Shown piece by piece: positions 60,201-64,000 of a stretch of DNA of 64,000 nucleotides (its first letter is position 1; each line of letters begins with the position of its first letter). The translations under genes and the position numbers were made by a program. The notes under the pieces are model-generated. The model saw only the letters and a program-made list of their open reading frames with translations, made no database searches and was not told the DNA's origin. The DNA is from Terriglobia bacterium. GTDB lineage: Bacteria; Acidobacteriota; Polarisedimenticolia; Polarisedimenticolales; JAIQFR01. The stretch lies in contig CAVVHE010000008.1 of the NCBI GenBank assembly GCA_963748015.1, positions 288,001-352,000 of the forward strand, in the 5' to 3' direction.

Positions 60201-60580
60201 TCGGTGCGCACGCCTTCCGGCAGCCTCGGGAGGATCTTGTTGAGGTACTCGAGGGTCCGGCTCCTCGCCCAGTAGATGTCGGTCCCGTCCTCGAAGATCA
60301 GGTAGACGTAGGAGAAGCCGAAGTCGGAGAACCCGCGGATGGACTTGACCTTCGGCGCGCCCATCAGCGCCGTGACGATCGGGTAGGTGACCTGGTCCTC
60401 CATGATGTCGGGACTGCGGTCCCACCTGGAGTACACGATCACCTGCGTGTCGGAGAGATCGGGGATGGCGTCGAGGGGAACGCCCTTCATCGCGTAGACC
60501 GCCATCGCCACGGCGGCCGCGCAGAGGATCAGGACGACGAACTTGTTCCTCGCCGAGAACTCGATGATCCGTTCGATCAT
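57290..60580 (-). CDS. cusA: Heavy-metal RND efflux permease, CusA/SilA family
   Basis: LDAIPDLSDTQVI; ELGPDATGVGWVYQY; GRAETSTDPAP; RIRPKLMT. Confidence 0.95.
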   Translation of the reverse strand: MIERIIEFSARNKFVVLILCAAAVAMAVYAMKGVPLDAIPDLSDTQVIVYSRWDRSPDIMEDQVTYPIVTALMGAPKVKSIRGFSDFGFSYVYLIFEDGTDIYWARSRTLEYLNKILPRLPEGVRTELGPDATGVGWVYQYALTDRSGKRDLAQLRSFQDWYLRYWLQSVPGVAEVASIGGFEKQYQVNLDPARLLAYRIPIQKVVEAIRRGNDDVGGRVVEFAGAEYMVRGRGYATSVEDFEQIVVGDDGKGTPILVRNVGRVVLGPDIRRGVADLDGIGDTVGGIVVMRHGENALNVIERVKKRIDEVRPSLPEGVELVATYDRSELIERSIANLKRELIVEIAIVSLVILVFLWHIPSAIVPIVTIPVSVILAFVPMYFMGVTSNIMSLAGIAMSIGVLVDGAIVEVENAYKKLQLWEAGGRVGDFHKVRLDALKEVGPSVFFSLLVIAVAFMPIFTLVDQEGRLFKPLAYTKNLAMAIAAVLAITLDPAMRMLFTRMDRLRFRPRWLAWIGHQAVVGTYYPEEKHPISRVLFAVYEPACRFVLRWPKTIVLLAVLAFASTVPVYLELGSEFFPPLDEGAILYMPTTLPGVSVTEAARLLQTMDKLIKEVPEVSSVWGKAGRAETSTDPAPFSMIETTIVLKPHSEWRTVRRFYSGLPSFLQSPFRHVWPDRISMEDIVGELDEKLRFPGVTNAWTMPIKARIDMLTTGVRTPVGIKVFGPDLAVIESIGASIESAVRDVPGTRSIYAERTAGGYFLDFDLRRDRLARYGLSVQEAQDVIMSAIGGEAITRTIEGRERYTVNVRYARELRDDLESLKRVLVPTMSGAQIPLAELADIRFATGPSMIRDENGMLAGYVYVDISGSDVGGYVEKAKAAVAGAVKIPTGYTIQWSGQYENILRVRERLKIVVPITIFLIFVLLYMNTKSAVKASIVMLAVPFSVIGAVWLVYWLGYNVSIATWVGMIALMGLDAETGVFMLLFLDLSYYDAVRAGKMRTREDLREAIIHGAVKRIRPKLMTVAAAFMGLMPIMWSMGTGADMMKRVVAPMAGGLVTSFVLELLVYPPIYEIWKWRFEMKLGTVDPGAIPIPGSRRI

Positions 60581-61956
60581 GCCGGCGGCTCTAGGGCTCG
60601 TGCTTTTCGGGGCCCGGGCGCCGCGGAGCCCGCGGCGGTGGCCGCGAGCGCCGCCTTGAGTCTGGACTCCGAATCCACGAAGAAGTTCGCGGACGTCAGC
60701 ACCTTCTCGCCGGGCGAGAGGCCACGGAGGACCTCGAACGTGTCGGGGAGGCGCAGGCCGATCTCGACGTCGCGCGGCTCGAAGTAGCCGTCCCCCTTGT
60801 CCACGAAGGCGATGCTGCGCGCGCCGGTGTCCATCACGGCGCTCGCGGGGACCGCCGTCCGCTCGCCGAGGTCGGCACTCAGGATCACCTCGGCGTACAT
60901 GTCGGGCTTCAGCTCGAGCCCGGGGTTCCCGAGCTCGATCCTCGCCTGCGCCGTCCGCGTCGCCGGATCCATGACCGGATACACGAACGAGACCTTCCCC
61001 TCGAAGCTCTTGCCCGGCAGGTACGACAGGGTGACGGCCGCGCCCTGCCCGATGCGGACGAACGGCAGCTCGTACTCGTAGACGGACGCCACGACCCAGA
61101 TCCGGGAGAGGTCGGCGATGTTCAGCAGGTCCATCTCCGGCTCGATCCGCTGCCCCTCGGTCACGTTGCGCTCCAGGATCGTCCCCGAGATCGGAGCGTA
61201 GATCGTCACCGTGCGCCTTGCCCGGCCGGACTGCTCGATCTCGCGGATCTGCTCGTCGGAGAGGTCGAAGAGCTCGAGGCGCCGGCGGGCGCTCGCCACC
61301 AGCTCGTCACCGGAGCCGGCCACCGACGGGATGCTGCTGCCGGCCGTCCGGGCCCGCGCCTGCAGGGCGACGAGGTACTCCTGCTGGGAGGCGAGCAGCT
61401 CGGGACTGTAGATCTCGAGCAAAGGCTGTCCCTCCCGGACGACCTCTCCGGTCGCGTTCGCGTGGAGCGTCTCGACGTACCCCGCGATCTTCGTGTGAAT
61501 GTGCCGCAACCGCGTCTCGTCGTAGGTCACGCGGCCGGCGGCGCGGATCGTTCGCCGGAACGGGGCCCGCACGACCTCGGATGTCCGGACGCCGATGAGC
61601 TGCTGCTTCTGCGCGGAGAGTCGAATGGAGGCGAGTCCCGGAACGGCGGCGGCATGCGCCGGTTCCGGAGCGGGCAAGTCGCCGGCGCGCGAAGGAGGCG
61701 GCGGTTCGACGCTGCTCACCGCGGGCTCGGTCAGCGAGTCCTCGATGGGCACGAGACGCATGCCGCAGATCGGGCAATCGCCGGGCTTGTCGGACACGAC
61801 GGTCGGATGCATCGGGCAGTGGTACTTGGCGGCGGGGGCCGCGGCACCTGCCGCGGTGCCTTCGTTCGGCGCGTGCCGGGCCAGCATGAAGGCGCCGCCC
61901 GCCGCGCCGGCGAGGATCGCCGCGCCGAGAATCAGAAGGACGCCCCGCTTACTCAT
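60577..61956 (-). CDS. cusB: CusB-like periplasmic adaptor with a YHCPMHP heavy-metal-binding domain
   Basis: YHCPMHP...CPICGMRL; YSPELLASQQEY; LKPDMY; FFVDSES. Confidence 0.92.
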   Translation of the reverse strand: MSKRGVLLILGAAILAGAAGGAFMLARHAPNEGTAAGAAAPAAKYHCPMHPTVVSDKPGDCPICGMRLVPIEDSLTEPAVSSVEPPPPSRAGDLPAPEPAHAAAVPGLASIRLSAQKQQLIGVRTSEVVRAPFRRTIRAAGRVTYDETRLRHIHTKIAGYVETLHANATGEVVREGQPLLEIYSPELLASQQEYLVALQARARTAGSSIPSVAGSGDELVASARRRLELFDLSDEQIREIEQSGRARRTVTIYAPISGTILERNVTEGQRIEPEMDLLNIADLSRIWVVASVYEYELPFVRIGQGAAVTLSYLPGKSFEGKVSFVYPVMDPATRTAQARIELGNPGLELKPDMYAEVILSADLGERTAVPASAVMDTGARSIAFVDKGDGYFEPRDVEIGLRLPDTFEVLRGLSPGEKVLTSANFFVDSESRLKAALAATAAGSAAPGPRKARALEPPA

Positions 61957-63241
61957 TCGCGACTCCCGCGGCGCGATCCCCGCCGCCCGGCGAAACGTAT
62001 TCGGTCCCCGTGAGCGGCTCGAGGGCGGCCAGCGCGCGGATTCTCTCGGCGCGCAGCGTCTCGAGGTCCCTCTCGTAGCCGAGGAACGCGCGGAAGTCCT
62101 CGATCAGCGTGACGAACTCCGCCCGCCCGGCGGAGTAGGCCGCGGCCGCCGAGTCGAGGGTGCTGCGCGCCAAGGGCAGCGTGCCCTCCGCGGTCAGGCG
62201 CATCTGCTCCGAGGCCCGGGAGGCCCGGGCGAGCAGGGTCCGGACCTCCGCGAGCAGCGTGACGCCGCGGCCGTCGAGGTCCCGCCCGGTCGCCTCGAGT
62301 TCGAGCTCGCTCTGGGCCACCGCTTCCTTCTGCTTGCGGTTCTTGTAGAGCGGGAGCTTGATCCCGAACATCCCCATCACCATCGGGTCGAGCGATCCCC
62401 GGTTCGCGTACCCCGCTCCCCACGTGAAGTCGGGCTTCGAGGCCTTCTTCGCGAGGGTCACCCGGCTTTCGTCCCGGCGAATGGCCGCGCGCAGGGCCAT
62501 GAGCTCCGGGGAGCGCTCGAGCGCGGCCGCCTCCGCCGACGCGGCGTCGGGAATCTCGCCGGACGGGGCCGCCGACGCAGGACCGAAGGGCTCGTTCCCC
62601 GATGAGCCGAGAAGAGCGGCTAGCGACGCGGCGGCGCCGCTCCGCTCCTCGGCGAGTCCCGCCAGCTCGACGTCGAGGCGCACCAGCTCCGTCTCGGCCT
62701 TGAGGACGTTCTCGAGGATCCCCTGACCCGTCTCCAGCCTGGCGCGCGCCGCGTCGCGGTAGGCGAGGAGCAGCTTCCGGCTCTCCTCGAGGATGGACGA
62801 CGTCCGGTCGATACGGTGCAGCTCGACGTAGGACTCCTTCACGGCGGCCCGCACGCCGAGCCTCGCGATCTCGACCGCCTGCTGCGAGACGCCGATCTCG
62901 GAGCGGGCCACGTCGCCGGCGAGCTGCCGCTTGCCCGGGTACGGCACGTCCTGAATCCACGAGAAGGTGAGGTTCGACATCTCGCTCGTGCCCAGGGTGA
63001 ACTCGTTGAACGTCTCGTTGGTGAGGGAGACGCTGACCGTGGGGTCCGGCAGCGCCTCCAGCTGGGAGGGGACGTGCTTCAGGGCTTCGACTCGCGTGCG
63101 GGCCGCCAGGATCTCCGGGTTCGACGCATCGGCGCGGGAGAGCAGCTCGGCGAGGTCGGCCGGAGGCGGCTCCGCCGCGGCCGGGACGATCGAGATCCCG
63201 GAGGCGAGGAACGTCAGGGCCACGAGGAACGGCGTTCGCAT
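61949..63241 (-). CDS. TolC-family outer-membrane efflux protein
   Basis: NPEI; LPDP; PYPGK; LPLY; AAYSAG; in an operon with cusBA. Confidence 0.9.
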   Translation of the reverse strand: MRTPFLVALTFLASGISIVPAAAEPPPADLAELLSRADASNPEILAARTRVEALKHVPSQLEALPDPTVSVSLTNETFNEFTLGTSEMSNLTFSWIQDVPYPGKRQLAGDVARSEIGVSQQAVEIARLGVRAAVKESYVELHRIDRTSSILEESRKLLLAYRDAARARLETGQGILENVLKAETELVRLDVELAGLAEERSGAAASLAALLGSSGNEPFGPASAAPSGEIPDAASAEAAALERSPELMALRAAIRRDESRVTLAKKASKPDFTWGAGYANRGSLDPMVMGMFGIKLPLYKNRKQKEAVAQSELELEATGRDLDGRGVTLLAEVRTLLARASRASEQMRLTAEGTLPLARSTLDSAAAAYSAGRAEFVTLIEDFRAFLGYERDLETLRAERIRALAALEPLTGTEYVSPGGGDRAAGVANE

Positions 63242-63251
63242 CCGGCCTCTC

Positions 63252-63740
63252 CTAGCGCGTCGCCGACTGCAGCTCGGCGAACGTCGTCAGCGCGCCACCG
63301 TGGGCCCGCGCGAAGGTCTCGGCCTTGGCCTTGGACCCGAACGCGAGCAGGCTGGGAAGGCAGCGGTCGTACTCCGTCTTCAAGCAGCAGCCCCGCTCGT
63401 CCCTGGGCGGGGACCCCGCCGTCGCGGCGCAGGGCGAGACGTCGCTCCCCTCGACGTAGATCGCGCGGGTGGCGTCGATGCGCTCCGCGGTGTCGAAGTC
63501 CTTCACCGCGAGCGATGCCACCGCCGGGTGCGGGCGGGCGAGGTAGTGGAGCGCGCAGCGCGGGCAACAGGTCTGGACCAGGGAGCCGTTCTGGAGCCGC
63601 ACGTCGAAGGAGAGGTTGCGGCACTCGGCCCGTCCGCATTGCTCGCAGAACCTCGCCTCGCCCGAGCAAGCCGCCGCGACCGCCGTCATCGTGGCGGCCA
63701 GGAACAAACTCCGCAGGATCGAGAACCGGGACCGACGCAT
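63252..63740 (-). CDS. NosL-like metal-binding lipoprotein
   Basis: Lipobox AAAC; CEQCG; CCPRC; VKDF...IDAT.A.YV.GS; AF.....A..FA..HGG. Confidence 0.7.
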   Translation of the reverse strand: MRRSRFSILRSLFLAATMTAVAAACSGEARFCEQCGRAECRNLSFDVRLQNGSLVQTCCPRCALHYLARPHPAVASLAVKDFDTAERIDATRAIYVEGSDVSPCAATAGSPPRDERGCCLKTEYDRCLPSLLAFGSKAKAETFARAHGGALTTFAELQSATR

Positions 63741-64000
63741 GGAGACCTCCGACGCACGACGGGACATCCAGCAACCGCCGTGCCACGCACGATCGGCTCG
63801 TTTCCCGCCGAATCCGCGCACGCCCGGTCTTCGAATCGTCCGACCTGCATCAGTCGCTGTCTGATATGCCACAACCGGGTCGCCGCGCGCCGCGTTCGCT
63901 TGCCTCTCGCTTCGGTCGAAGTCCCGGTCAGCGGCTCGCGGCGTCGCGGAGGAGCGGAATCCGAAACTCGTACGCGCCGGATGCGACCTCGACCACGAAG

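Noticed and set aside
63855..63872. Sigma54 promoter for the cus operon (TGGCAT...)
   Set aside because: The GG-to-GC spacing is 11 rather than 10.

Overview
High-GC bacterial DNA. The gene repertoire is most consistent with an Acidobacteria-type organism (inference). Many single-base frameshifts occur at 0.5-3.3 kb, 11.9-14.3 kb and 32.5 kb; they may be assembly errors. The left 20 kb is an accessory region. It opens with a 5'-truncated giant secreted protein (Kelch-like repeats, Tle1/DUF2235-like hydrolase, TSP3, FG-GAP, DUF1554-like domains). Five co-oriented, progressively decayed copies of a tmRNA-type 3' end (~6717, 8395, 16225, 17488, 19849) follow. They punctuate GIY-YIG genes with REP-like palindromes, nucleotidyltransferase/HEPN toxin-antitoxin modules, truncated genes and a defensin-like peptide gene. 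The rest encodes metabolic and envelope functions: 2-oxoacid:ferredoxin oxidoreductase, IorAB-type molybdoenzyme, peptidases, two multiheme cytochromes, porins, a sigma54 two-component system with candidate targets, and a CusCBA-type efflux operon. Best leads: the tmRNA-remnant array, the GIY-YIG/REP unit abutting the tmRNA CCA end, a membrane-anchored ClpA/B-type ATPase fused to a GGQ-less release-factor-like domain, and the CS-alpha-beta defensin-like peptide. All calls come from motif recognition by eye; no searches were run.
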